This document shows, in pieces, positions 1 through 10,159 of a stretch of DNA of 64,000 bases; the stretch's first letter is position 1; the number at the start of each line of letters is the position of its first letter. The DNA is taken from assembly GCA_963728405.1 (NCBI GenBank), contig CAVSJV010000003.1:160001-224000 (forward strand). The letters are read 5' to 3'. A program made the position numbers and the translations under genes. The notes below the pieces were generated by a model that saw only the letters and a list, made by a program, of their open reading frames with translations, made no database searches and was not told the DNA's origin. The DNA is from Methanomassiliicoccaceae archaeon (lineage in GTDB: Archaea > Thermoplasmatota > Thermoplasmata > Methanomassiliicoccales > Methanomassiliicoccaceae).

Positions 1-1026
1 CTGTCGCTAAGTGATTTTGGAACCGGTTTACCGCAGCCAGAGCAATCGATGCTCGTGTTCCTCGGGTCGACTTGAACGAACAGCTTACCAGCGTTTTCAG
101 CTTTGTAAGCTAGTTTTTGGTTCAGTGAGCTCCAAGACGCATCGGATATACTTCTAGCCAGTCTATGGTTCTTGACCAAATTTCCTGGTTGCAGTTTCTC
201 GGTGACGATGAGATCGTAGTTATTAACATACTCTCTCGATAGTTTGTGCTGAAAGTCGTTTCTCTGGTTCTGAACTCTTTCGTATTGTCTTGCTACAATT
301 ATCCGCTTCTTCTCCCTGTTTTTAGATCCTTTCTGCTTCCTGCTCAATCGTCGTTGCTCTTTTCTCAGTTTCTTCAGCGCTTGCTTTAGGTGTCGAGGAT
401 TCTCGACCTCGTGGCCTCCGCTGTCGACGATATAATGCTCCAGGCCGACATCGAGACCTACTGCTTTTTCGATATCAATGATGTCGAAGTCACTTGAGCC
501 GTTGTCGACGATGATGTATGCATACCACTTACCGGACGGCATGTGCTTGATCGTCACCTGCTTGATCTCGCCTTCGATCGGACGATGCAATCGTATCGGA
601 ATATCGCCAATCTTCGATAGATGCAACAGACCGAACTTGTCGTTCTTAGGCAGCAAATTAAATCCTGACTGATTGAAAGTGAAGCTCCTGAAACTGTGCT
701 CGCTCTTAAATCGTAGATTGCCTACCTTGCGACCACGCTTCTTCATCTCCCTTAGTGCGGCGAGGTTAGCGAAAAGGTGTACGACTTCATATTGGAGCGT
801 CTTTGCATAAACAGTTTCCAAATCCTTGTCGGTCTTCTTCCAGATCGGCAGCAGAGATTGCAACGTTGGTCGATTATGCTCGCCGCCGTTGTACGTTTCC
901 AGTAAAAGATTATAAGTGTACTGACAAACTCCTTTGACCCATAACAGCTTCCGCTCATCCTCTTTGTTGGGGTGGATACGGAATTTATAGGCGAACGTGT
1001 CAGAGCACCGATATTCTTGACGACAT
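1..1026 (-). CDS. tnpB: RNA-guided endonuclease TnpB (3' end runs out of the window; nearest ATG at 1026 is out of frame)
   Basis: Manual translation: FAYKFRIHPN, GRKVGNLRFKS, RuvC-I AVGLDVGL, RuvC-II LIVTEKL, ISDASWS, YKAENAGKLFVQVDPRNTSIDCSGCG. Confidence 0.88.
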
Positions 1027-1118
1027 TCCTATATAAACGTCGAACGGGGAGGTGGCCGAAAGTGCTAGTGCTCGCTCTCATCCCCCAGCTATCGCAGGGG
1101 ACTTCCCGCTCGAATATG
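1..1118 (-). mobile_element. IS200/IS605-family element (tnpB only), right end outside the window
   Basis: Left-end-like hairpin at 1082-1100 (minus strand TTAA|CATATTCGAGCGGGAAGTCCCCTGCGATAGCTGGGGGATGAGAG) upstream of tnpB; lower GC than the host genes. Confidence 0.8.
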
Positions 1119-1178
1119 TTAAATAAGGATAACTTGTTCCATGGTAAGTCAGATTCATCTTCATAAGAGGGTACTGGG

Positions 1179-1424
1179 ATGAGAAAGTTCATAACTGAGC
1201 TCAAGGGAAAAACCGTCATGACCAACGATGGTCAGATCCTCGGCATGATCGAGAACTTCTTGGTGAACACTTCAACCGGAGACATCCAGAACGTGCTGGT
1301 GGTCCCGGCCGAAGAGGTGGAGACCCGCCTGTACAAGACCGATGCCCAGGGCCGTCTGGTGCTGCCGTTCAGCGAGATGAAGGCGGTACGCGACGTCGTG
1401 GTCATGTCCGTCTCCAACGCATAA
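1179..1424 (+). CDS. PRC-barrel domain protein, CdpB2-like cell-division protein
   Basis: LKGKTVMTNDGQILGMIEN...LVLPFSEMKAVRDVVV PRC-barrel pattern. Confidence 0.8.
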   Translation: MRKFITELKGKTVMTNDGQILGMIENFLVNTSTGDIQNVLVVPAEEVETRLYKTDAQGRLVLPFSEMKAVRDVVVMSVSNA

Positions 1425-1495
1425 ACATCTTCATTCGACAAAGGGTCCCAAGGGCCCCTTCCTAGTTTTTCATCTTTCTGAGGCCAGCGACAGCT

Positions 1496-1909
1496 TCATT
1501 TGTCCTCGACGAATTCCAATGCTCCGGAGTTCATACAATATCGGAGGCCGGTCGGCGCGGGGCCGTCCCTGAACACATGACCGAGATGTCCGCCGCAACG
1601 GGCGCATGAGACCGCATTACGGCGGGTACCGAAGCGTTTGTCCACGGTCGTCTCGACCGCGCCCTCGCACACCGGGACGTGAAAAGCTGGGCCATCCAGT
1701 GCCCGAGTCGAACTTCGTGGCAGATGAGAACAGCTCGCTCCGGCATCCCGCGCACAGGTAGGTGCCCTTCACATGATTGTCCCAGTATTTGTTGCGGAAC
1801 GGGGGCTCGGTGCCGTCCTGACATGTAGGATCCTGAACTGATCAGGAGTGAGGGCCCTCTTCCATTCGTCCTCCGACCGCTCCAATTTCTCACGTGTGCA
1901 CGGCGACAT
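1496..1909 (-). CDS. msrB: Peptide-methionine (R)-S-oxide reductase MsrB, two apparent frameshifts; missing from the ORF track
   Basis: Joined frames: [16 protein letters not shown] / [35 protein letters not shown] / [27 protein letters not shown]. Confidence 0.85.
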
Positions 1910-1949
1910 GATCACTATTAGCACTTTCCGACCTTTTCAGCGTTGTGCC

Positions 1950-3485
1950 TCATCGCAGCCGTTTGGCCACGTATACGCCATCCCGTTCATAACCGAGTGA
2001 GATGTAATATGGTCTGACCCCCACTCCGCTGGTCACGCGAAGGGCCGTGCACCCCTGCTCCTTGGCCCTCTCCTCTGCCCGGGCCACCAGTTCCTTGCCG
2101 AATCCCCGGTGCTGATAGCCTTCGACCTGGCGCTTGAACGGCACCATCCGCCCGAAGACCTTAAGCTCCCTAATGGCGGCCATGTCCCCATCGCCAGTCC
2201 TCAGACGCACATAGCCGACCAGCGCGTCCAGGTGGGGCAGGTCCAAGGAGATGAAATGCTCCTTGCCGCCTGAAGCGCCATACTCGATCTCGCTCATGCG
2301 AACATCCTGGGGGGAGTAGTCCTTGATACCCTTGAGACCGACCTCGTGGCAGCGGATGCAGCGGCACTCGTGGCCGTGCGCCCTCATCCGGTCCTTGATC
2401 AGTTCCCGCAGATGTCCCTTGTCCACCCCCGCCTCGATGAGAGGGGCCGGTATGTCCCGCTGGATCCGCTGGATCCGGGCCCATGGAGGTACCAGCCGCT
2501 TCATCTCGGCCATGGCCGAGACCGCATCCTCGGTGGTGTAAGGATCATATTCTCCCCTCTTCCACATATCATATAGCTGGGTGCCCTTGATCACCAGGGT
2601 CGGATAGAGCTTAAGCATGTCCGGACGGAAGTTCGGATCGCAGAACACCTTTCGGAAGCTTTCCAGGTCCTTCTCTGCCGACGAACCGGGAAGCCCGGGC
2701 ATGAGGTGGTAGCAAACCTTGAGACCGTTCTGCTTAGCGACCCTCGTTCCGTCGATAACCGCCTGTAGACCGTGGCCACGGTTCACTGCTCGGAGTATGT
2801 CCTCATCGAGTATCTGGACCCCCATCTCCACCCGCGTCATGCCTAAGCGCATGGAGACGTCCGCCTGCATCCCGGTCAAGGCATCTGGTCGGGTCTCGAT
2901 GGTCATGCCGATGCAGCGGTGCGGGGCGCTCTCGTTCTTCCTCTGCGCATCCTCCAGATCGGACGAGCTTTCCATATTCATGGCGTCGAAGCAGCGTTTG
3001 ATGAAGTCGACCTGGTACTCGGCCGGGCGGGAGGTGAACGTGCCCCCCATGACGATCAGGTCGATCTTATCGGTGCCATGGCCGATAGCCTCCAGCTGTT
3101 CGATGCGACCCTTGACCTGCTCATAGGGATCAAAGTCATAGGATGCCCCTCTCCGGGCCGCTGGTTCCTTCCCAGTATAGGATTGAGGAGACCCCGATTC
3201 AACGCCGCCCGGACAGTATATACATTTTCCGTGAGGGCAGGGCGCCGGGGAGGTCATGACCGCGACCACTGCCACTCCCGAGAGCGTTCGGACCGGCTTG
3301 CGACGGAGGATCTCCTCCACCAATGGTAGATCGTCCTTCTTTACCAGGGCGAGCGTCACCGAATTGGGTGGTACCCCCGGTAGCTCGTATAGGCGGCACA
3401 GGTCTATCTTGGCCCTTTGCAGCTCATCCTTATCCCCTATCCGTCCATCCAGTATCATCTGGATGATGTCCTCGTGATAACCCAA
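1950..3485 (-). CDS. elp3: tRNA uridine(34) acetyltransferase Elp3 (radical SAM plus GNAT)
   Basis: KPVRTLSGVAVVAVMT, CPHGKCIYCPGG, QSYTGKEPA, C-terminal YQHRGFG..GVGVRPYY. Confidence 0.95.
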   Translation of the reverse strand: MGYHEDIIQMILDGRIGDKDELQRAKIDLCRLYELPGVPPNSVTLALVKKDDLPLVEEILRRKPVRTLSGVAVVAVMTSPAPCPHGKCIYCPGGVESGSPQSYTGKEPAARRGASYDFDPYEQVKGRIEQLEAIGHGTDKIDLIVMGGTFTSRPAEYQVDFIKRCFDAMNMESSSDLEDAQRKNESAPHRCIGMTIETRPDALTGMQADVSMRLGMTRVEMGVQILDEDILRAVNRGHGLQAVIDGTRVAKQNGLKVCYHLMPGLPGSSAEKDLESFRKVFCDPNFRPDMLKLYPTLVIKGTQLYDMWKRGEYDPYTTEDAVSAMAEMKRLVPPWARIQRIQRDIPAPLIEAGVDKGHLRELIKDRMRAHGHECRCIRCHEVGLKGIKDYSPQDVRMSEIEYGASGGKEHFISLDLPHLDALVGYVRLRTGDGDMAAIRELKVFGRMVPFKRQVEGYQHRGFGKELVARAEERAKEQGCTALRVTSGVGVRPYYISLGYERDGVYVAKRLR

Positions 3486-3502
3486 TCAAGCACCCTTATG
3501 TC

Positions 3503-3787
3503 CTAACGATAGTAGACCCGGTTATCGTCCTTCTCCTCTTGGACCTTTTTGGGAGCCAGCTCCAGGACGTCGATGGCGAGGATAGCATGATACGGCAGGA
3601 ATCTTATCCGACCGGCCTCCTGACCGTTGGAACCATCCAACCGAAGGACCAGGGCGGTCTCGTTAGCGAACGCCGCATATCCACGGAACTCGCCCATGGA
3701 CATGAGGGGCTTGTCGTCCCCGCCCGTACTGACTATCTGGTACCTCGATCCGATCGTGATCATCTCTTCTATCTCTTTCACTGCCAT
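3503..3787 (-). CDS. Conserved hypothetical protein
   Basis: Overlaps the upstream HTH gene and lies directly before elp3; GGAGGA-type SD; protein-like composition. Confidence 0.65.
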   Translation of the reverse strand: MAVKEIEEMITIGSRYQIVSTGGDDKPLMSMGEFRGYAAFANETALVLRLDGSNGQEAGRIRFLPYHAILAIDVLELAPKKVQEEKDDNRVYYR

Positions 3788-4239
3788 TTCGATTCCTCCT
3801 CGACGAGCTTTTGGAAATGTTCGACCGTCTGTCGATAGTTCTGCATCGCCATATCTACGTTGGCCTCGGTGAAGCTCCATGCCTTACGCAGGTCCCCGTA
3901 CCGTATACGGTAGCCTTTCTTCATCGTTCCGTCCCGGTCGGTCTCGATCTCTTCCAGGATGTCGATGGCCTTGAGCTTGTTAAGATGCCGATAGATGGTC
4001 GGCTTGGTCGTTTTCATGTGAGCGGCCAGTTCGTCGACGAGCCACGGCCGCTTCATGTTCCTCATGAAGCATTCCATGAACAGGCGATATGGCACACTGT
4101 CCCGCGTGTCAATGACGTTGGTCTTTGGATTATAACCCTTGGGAAGGTACCCAATATGGGTCAAGAACTGCAGCGCGATGTCATCCACATCCTTCAACGG
4201 GGTCAGTGGCGTGTTGCTCTCGACGTTGATCTCGAACAT
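3778..4239 (-). CDS. ArsR-like winged-helix transcriptional regulator
   Basis: WLVDELAAHMKTTKPTIYRHLNKLKAIDILE HTH. Confidence 0.8.
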   Translation of the reverse strand: MFEINVESNTPLTPLKDVDDIALQFLTHIGYLPKGYNPKTNVIDTRDSVPYRLFMECFMRNMKRPWLVDELAAHMKTTKPTIYRHLNKLKAIDILEEIETDRDGTMKKGYRIRYGDLRKAWSFTEANVDMAMQNYRQTVEHFQKLVEEESKWQ

Positions 4240-4477
4240 TGGAATCGGCCAGGCATAAGCATGAAAGATATTAGCTTTTTTTGTTTAGTATGATGAGAGA
4301 ATATTTCCAGATAATGCCAAAGAAATGAACTGTGTCAGCAACGTTTTGACCGGGCATCAACATTTGATAATACACTTGTAGAATTGGCCGTGTTAACTTG
4401 CCTTTTTGGGTCAATATTTACCTAACTATACATAACTCATTTATATTGTCATAGTTGTAAAGTGTGCAGGTGCTCAA

Positions 4478-5596
4478 ATGAAGAGGAGAAATCTCATTAT
4501 TGCTGCAGTGACGATCGCCGCGGTACTGGTCGTTGCGGCAGTATTGATCGCGTTCGTTCCCCAAACAACGGGTAAGACCATCAAATACACCGATGTCCCG
4601 CCGGTGAACCAGCAGGCTTACATCCAACAGGGATTGATCGATGGCGGCGTAAGCTGGGAGCCATATTGCTCTGATTCCATTTCCAATGGGACCGGAAGTG
4701 CGTTGCTGTGGTCAAGTGATATCTGGCCCAACCACCCGTGCTGTGTGGTCGCGGTGGACGGGAACGTTCCTGACCTCGACACCTGGATGCGGTCCTGGGG
4801 GTCCTGAAGGCCCACATCGAGGCCAATCAATGGATCGCTCAGACCCTAGCCAATAAGAACACTACCGAGGGCCATGCCAACTACACACTGCTCCTCAACC
4901 TGGGCGCCGCGTTCAGCGGGCGGAACACCACCGTGGTGGAGATGGCCCTGGAGCATATGAAGCTGGACTACAACATCTCCAGCCAACAGATGGACTACCT
5001 CAAGCAGTTCACCAACGACTACGTGGACTCGGGTCTTATCAAGAGCGAGTCTGTACCGGATGTGAACTCGTTCATCAATGACCTGGTCGACACCTCCTAC
5101 CTCAGCCAGGCCAATGATCTGCAGCCGGTCCCTCTCCGGCTCTGCCCCGACCACCGTAAGGCTCGGCTACCTTAACGGCGACCTGCACCAGTTCGCCAGG
5201 GTCGTAGCGGAGAGCGCTGAGGTCGGAAGTCTTCTCGGCCTTGGTGACCGCAGCCTGTTCAACGCCTATGGAGTGCAGACCGATAACCCCTCGGGCATGC
5301 CCGGTAGCGGCTATGCCAACGGTGGGGCGGTCATGACCGGGTTCGCCGCCAAGAACGTCGATATGGGCTATCTGGGGGCTCCCCCTGCCATCCTGAACGT
5401 GGCCAACCAGAACCTCGACGTCAAGATCGTTGCGCTGGCCAACAGCGAAGGATCGGCCCTTATCGTGAAGAACGGGGTCAACTCCATCGATGATCTTAAC
5501 GGCCTGAAGATCGGTGAGCCGGGCATTTCTTCGATACAGTACCTGCTTCTTCTCGAGATCGGCAAGAAGTATGGATACCAGGTCGTAAAGGCCTAA
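4478..5596 (+). CDS. ABC substrate-binding protein, SsuA/NrtA type, circularly permuted; frameshifts near 4790 and 5135
   Basis: N-terminal membrane anchor; IDGGVSWEPY, WPNHPCCVVA, later TVRLGYLNGDLHQ, VDMGYLGAPPAI, EGSALIVK; first gene of an ABC operon. Confidence 0.85.
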
Positions 5597-5648
5597 ACCC
5601 CTTCACCAAACCTTTTTTATTTTCCAGTATCGTTGGGGAACCGACAAG

Positions 5649-6473
5649 ATGCCTCCTTTATTTGATACAAAAAAGTTCAGGAAGAACTTTTTCACCAAAA
5701 AATCGCTTACGAGGACCTCGTTGATGGTCGTTTCAATTCCTATTTTCATTGCGATCTGGTGGATGCTGGCGCTCTATCTTCAGGGCCAACACGTTTATTA
5801 CCTGCCGACCCCCGTGGAGATGCTGCAGGCCTTGAACCAGTCCTTGACACGGGACCCGGCCACCGGACTATCCCTCTGGGCGAACATCTATGCGAGCCTG
5901 GTACGATTTATATTGGGCTTCCTGTTGGCCGTGGCCATCGCGGTCCCCCTAGGCCTAATGATCGGTTTTTCCACCTACGCCAATGCGCTGGCCAGACCCA
6001 CCGTGGAAATGCTCAGACCCATTCCACCGATAGCTTGGGTACCTTTTCTGCTCATCGCTCTCGGATTCTTCTGGGGGCCCATCGTTACCATATTCGTGGG
6101 TGTGTTCTTTCCGATCCTGTCCAACGTAATATTTGGAGTCAATAGTGTGGATCCGCTCATAGTCGACGCGGCCAGGACTCAGGGTGCGAGCAAGTGGCAA
6201 GTATTCATTAAGGTCATCTTCCCTTCCTCCATCCCCTACCTGATGACTGGCATCAAGATCGGTCTTGGCGTCGGTTGGATGTGTATCGTGGCCGCTGAGT
6301 TCATCGCCGCTGAAGGCGGGGGAGTGGGCGCGATCATCGTCGGGGGGCAGACCATAGGTAGGTACGATATTATGTTCGCAGGCATGGTCACAATTGCCCT
6401 GCTGGGCCTAATGACTCTGGCGCTCAGCACTTTCGTGGAACGGGAGGTGAAACAGTGGATGGGCATGACGTGA
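5649..6473 (+). CDS. ABC transporter permease, SsuC/TauC type
   Basis: LRPIPPIAWVP and EAA loop DAARTQGASKWQVFIKVIFP. Confidence 0.92.
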   Translation: MPPLFDTKKFRKNFFTKKSLTRTSLMVVSIPIFIAIWWMLALYLQGQHVYYLPTPVEMLQALNQSLTRDPATGLSLWANIYASLVRFILGFLLAVAIAVPLGLMIGFSTYANALARPTVEMLRPIPPIAWVPFLLIALGFFWGPIVTIFVGVFFPILSNVIFGVNSVDPLIVDAARTQGASKWQVFIKVIFPSSIPYLMTGIKIGLGVGWMCIVAAEFIAAEGGGVGAIIVGGQTIGRYDIMFAGMVTIALLGLMTLALSTFVEREVKQWMGMT

Positions 6474-7225
6474 TCCTCTTGATAAGGGACCTGAGCAAGA
6501 CATTCCCCAAGGACGACGGGTCCATGGTGGCCATAGAGGGTTTCGACCTGGAAGTGCGCAATGGTGAGTTCATCTGTCTCCTGGGTCCCTCGGGCTGCGG
6601 CAAGACCACCGTGCTCCGCATCATCGCCGGCCTGCAGACCGCAACGACTGGTACGCTGACCCTCAACGGGAAGAATATCACTGGGCCCGGCTCTGACCGA
6701 GGGATGGTCTTCCAGGAATTTGGACTGTTTCCCTGGCGGACGGTCAAGAAGAACGTGGAGTTCGGCCTGGAGATCCAGAAGAAGAGCGAGAAAGAGATCG
6801 ACGCCATCTCCAAGAAATTCATCGGCCTGGTCGGCCTGACCGGGTTCGAGAACTCCCACCCCAATCAGCTGTCTGGGGGAATGAAGCAAAGAGTTGGCAT
6901 CGCCCGCGCCTTGGCCTCCAATCCAGCCATCCTATTAATGGATGAACCGTTCGGGGCATTGGACGCCCAGACCCGGAACCAGATGCAAAAGGAGCTCCTT
7001 CGGATATGGCAGGAGACCAAGAAGACCATCATATTCGTCACCCACTCGGTGGACGAAGCGGTCTACTTGGCCGACAGGATCATCGTGCTCACGACCCGCC
7101 CCGGCCATATCAAGAATATTTACAAGATAGAACTGCCCCGACCCAGGGACAGGGGCAACCCCGAGTTCATCGAGCTTAGGAAGACCATACTGGACGAACT
7201 GGAGCAGCAACGCCAGGGCGTCTAG
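6455..7225 (+). CDS. ABC transporter ATP-binding protein, SsuB/TauB type
   Basis: GPSGCGKT, LSGGMKQR, LLMDEPFGALD. Confidence 0.95.
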   Translation: MDGHDVILLIRDLSKTFPKDDGSMVAIEGFDLEVRNGEFICLLGPSGCGKTTVLRIIAGLQTATTGTLTLNGKNITGPGSDRGMVFQEFGLFPWRTVKKNVEFGLEIQKKSEKEIDAISKKFIGLVGLTGFENSHPNQLSGGMKQRVGIARALASNPAILLMDEPFGALDAQTRNQMQKELLRIWQETKKTIIFVTHSVDEAVYLADRIIVLTTRPGHIKNIYKIELPRPRDRGNPEFIELRKTILDELEQQRQGV

Positions 7226-7743
7226 AGAGTTTTCTGCGCGGCCACTTCGATGGCCCTGAGGATGCTGTCCCTAGGTATCACGATCGACACCGGGATGGTC
7301 AGGATCTTCTGGATGGTCGGCGCCACGATGGGGGCACACACGATTGCCAGGGCGCCGTCCTTCTCGGCCATTACCGCGGCCACGATGGCGTCCTCCATGC
7401 TGTTGGCCGGGTATTCCTTGACCCGGACGTCACGGTTGGCGACCCTGACCACTCGCTCCTCGATCCTGTTGAGGACAGGGCGTGCGGCAATCACGGCGAT
7501 GAAATTGCCATGGGGCTTGGTTTCCATCCGTCTGACCGCCCGCATGATGTCCCGGACCGTGCGCAGGTTCGGCTCTCGCTGGTCCTGCATGATCTTGTAG
7601 ATCGTCGAAGAGGAAAGACCGGTCTGGGCGCAGAACTCGTGGATGCTTATCTTGAGGTCCTCTTCCAGCACCTTGCGGAGCGCGTCCCGGAACCCGCCCT
7701 CCTCGCGCAAAATGCCGGCCACCAGCTCGTTCTCAAGGGACAT
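7222..7743 (-). CDS. XRE-type HTH transcriptional regulator, archaeal
   Basis: ISIHEFCAQTGLSSSTIYKIM..REPNLRT; C-terminal IAVIAARPVL..AIVCAPIV domain. Confidence 0.8.
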   Translation of the reverse strand: MSLENELVAGILREEGGFRDALRKVLEEDLKISIHEFCAQTGLSSSTIYKIMQDQREPNLRTVRDIMRAVRRMETKPHGNFIAVIAARPVLNRIEERVVRVANRDVRVKEYPANSMEDAIVAAVMAEKDGALAIVCAPIVAPTIQKILTIPVSIVIPRDSILRAIEVAAQKTL

Positions 7744-7747
7744 ACCC

Positions 7748-8638
7748 TCACTTCTCCTGCCGGATCAGCTTGGCAGCGTTGTCCCCGGCCACGCAGCCCT
7801 GGCCTACCGCCCGTGCCAGCTGCCACGGCATGCCGGTTACGTCACCACAGGCGTACACATTCTCCATATCCGTCTTCATGTCCGCGTCCACGACTATCTT
7901 GCCGGAAGGGTCGGGCAGGAGTCCCAGTTCTAGGGCCAGGTCGGTGGATCCTTTGGCACCCAGAGCGATGAACACACCCTGGACGTCCAGCCTTGCGCAG
8001 CCTTCCAGCTCCAAGCCGACGACCGTCTTCTCGCCGATGATCATTAGCGGTTTGCAGTATGCGATTATCTCCACATTGGTCCTCCTGACCTTCTCCATCA
8101 TATATTCCGATGCTTTGAGCTCGGGAGCGACCCAATACACTTTCTCCGCGTAGTCGTTGAGCAGATGGGCCGATTCTGCCGCCTCGCTCGCCTCACCGAT
8201 CACCGCGACCGTCTTACCTTTGAAGAAGAGGGCGTCACATGACGCACAATAAGATACTCCTCTGCCAAGGTACTCTTTTTCGCCAGGGATATTGAGCTTG
8301 GCCCGAGAGATGCCCATGGCCAGAATGAGCGCCCTCGACCTGATCTCTTGAGCGTGATCGGTCAGGGCGACAAACACATCACCATCTTTGGTCAATTTGA
8401 TGACGTCTTCCTCGACCAGTTCGGCCCCGAACCGCTTGGCCTGCTCCTGGCCTATGCTCAAAATATCCTTTCCAGCGATGGACTCGATGCCCAGGTAGTT
8501 CTCCACTTCCGCCTTGTTGTAAAGCGGAGAGTTCTCGCTCTTGCCTAAAACAGCGACCTTTACCTTCTTCCTAGCCGCGTGGATGGCCGCCTGAAGTCCG
8601 GCCGGGCCCGGGCCGATAATCATGATGTCCGTCTCCAT
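7748..8638 (-). CDS. trxB: Thioredoxin-disulfide reductase
   Basis: GPGPAG, GRGVSYCASCD redox motif, VYACGDVTG. Confidence 0.88.
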   Translation of the reverse strand: METDIMIIGPGPAGLQAAIHAARKKVKVAVLGKSENSPLYNKAEVENYLGIESIAGKDILSIGQEQAKRFGAELVEEDVIKLTKDGDVFVALTDHAQEIRSRALILAMGISRAKLNIPGEKEYLGRGVSYCASCDALFFKGKTVAVIGEASEAAESAHLLNDYAEKVYWVAPELKASEYMMEKVRRTNVEIIAYCKPLMIIGEKTVVGLELEGCARLDVQGVFIALGAKGSTDLALELGLLPDPSGKIVVDADMKTDMENVYACGDVTGMPWQLARAVGQGCVAGDNAAKLIRQEK

Positions 8639-8724
8639 GGTGATGCCTTAAGAACAGTAGACCCAGGCTTCTTTTTATACCTTTGGGTGACGCCAGACCA
8701 TAAAGTAGAAACAAAAGGGTTTAA

Positions 8725-9120
8725 TCAGAGGTGGGCCTGCAGCCTCCTGCTGAGGTCATCCTTCGGCCTGGAGCCGACCAGCCGCTCGACCATTTCCCCA
8801 TCCTTGAACACCAGAAGGGTAGGTATGGCCTCAATCTGGAAGCGCATGGAGGTCTTGGGGTTCTGGTCAGTGTTTAGCTTTCCGAAGGCCACTTTCCCAT
8901 TCATGTCCTTGGCCAGACCATCGATCACCGGGGACATCATGCGACAGGGGCCGCACCAAGGGGCCCAGCAATCGATCAGGACGACCGAATATTTCTTAAT
9001 GAAATCGTTGAACGTGACATCGCTTACCTCGATGGGCTCGGACGGCCATTCCGCCCCCTGCGGACCGCCTTTCATCATCTCCTGCCTCTTCTTCTCACGT
9101 ATCTGCTCAATCTCGTCCAT
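8725..9120 (-). CDS. trxA: Thioredoxin
   Basis: WAPWCGPC motif. Confidence 0.93.
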   Translation of the reverse strand: MDEIEQIREKKRQEMMKGGPQGAEWPSEPIEVSDVTFNDFIKKYSVVLIDCWAPWCGPCRMMSPVIDGLAKDMNGKVAFGKLNTDQNPKTSMRFQIEAIPTLLVFKDGEMVERLVGSRPKDDLSRRLQAHL

Positions 9121-9291
9121 ATCACAATCTCCGTCGGTTGTGCATTCTATCTGCAAAACCGTATGGGCCGTCCCCGAATATATAAATTTCCGATGAAGCG
9201 TACGGTCCTCCCCTCATTCCGGCCATCAAAAGGGAGCTAATCGCTCACAAAAGGTTAAAACATAAAAGGGGATATCACGCCGGGATGTCTC

Positions 9292-9555
9292 ATGCTCGAG
9301 GAAGCGTCTGAGCTAATTGGATTGCAGGTCTACACGTCGAACGGAATCTTTCTGGGAAACGTCAATAACCTGGTCATAGACCTTGACAACAAGCGCGTGG
9401 ACGGGCTCTTCGTGAGCGAGACCAACCCCCTGTTGGTAGAGGAATCCAAGGCGGTCAATGTGCCGTTCCGCTGGATCCAGTCGGTAGGGGACATTATAAT
9501 CCTGAAGTATTTCCCGAAGAGAGTAACGTCCAAGAAGGCCGCGGCCAAGATCTGA
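9292..9555 (+). CDS. PRC-barrel domain protein, CdpB1-like cell-division protein
   Basis: LIGLQVYTSNGIFLGNV...VPFRWIQSVGDIIIL. Confidence 0.82.
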   Translation: MLEEASELIGLQVYTSNGIFLGNVNNLVIDLDNKRVDGLFVSETNPLLVEESKAVNVPFRWIQSVGDIIILKYFPKRVTSKKAAAKI

Positions 9556-9562
9556 GCCGCGC

Positions 9563-10159
9563 TTAGTCCCATTTTTTAATTTCTAGCTCAATATAGCGAG
9601 AGCAAGGGCCCTCCCATTTCGCGGTGCCCATATCCTTGATGATCTCGTCGATGTCCCGGCCGCAAAGTTCGGACAGCTCCCTGTGCATAGCCAGCATCCT
9701 CTGGCCAGTGCTCTCGAAACCTTTTCGGACAAAGTCCCGATAGGACTCCTGAGAGGTAAGATAGGCGGCATCGCTCACCAGATTATCCGCATGGCAAACG
9801 ATCTTCTCCTCCTTGGTCGAGGGCATGAAATCAAGGTCCGGTAACCCGATCTCGGCTGCCTCCTTTGGCGAGATGCCGGCCCCGATATGTTTCTGTATTA
9901 TCAACACCAGCGGTTCCGGAAGATGGAGCGCGCGGGCGATGGACGCGCCCTCCACGGCGTGACGGATGCCGTGCGTCCTGGCCCTCCCAAGATCGTGGAG
10001 AAGGCCCCCCGCCCGCACCAGTTCGACGTCCGCTCCGCATCTTTCGGCGATAGCTACGGCGAGGACCATGACCGTGCAGACATGCTTGATGACCCGATCG
10101 GCAGCACCCTGCGCTCTTAGTATGTCCAAGCACTCCTGCTCACTCGGTATCGTTGACAA
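9563..10159 (-). CDS. HD-domain metal-dependent phosphohydrolase
   Basis: GLLHDLGR, KHIGAGI, EEKIVCHADNL. Confidence 0.88.
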   Translation of the reverse strand: MSTIPSEQECLDILRAQGAADRVIKHVCTVMVLAVAIAERCGADVELVRAGGLLHDLGRARTHGIRHAVEGASIARALHLPEPLVLIIQKHIGAGISPKEAAEIGLPDLDFMPSTKEEKIVCHADNLVSDAAYLTSQESYRDFVRKGFESTGQRMLAMHRELSELCGRDIDEIIKDMGTAKWEGPCSRYIELEIKKWD

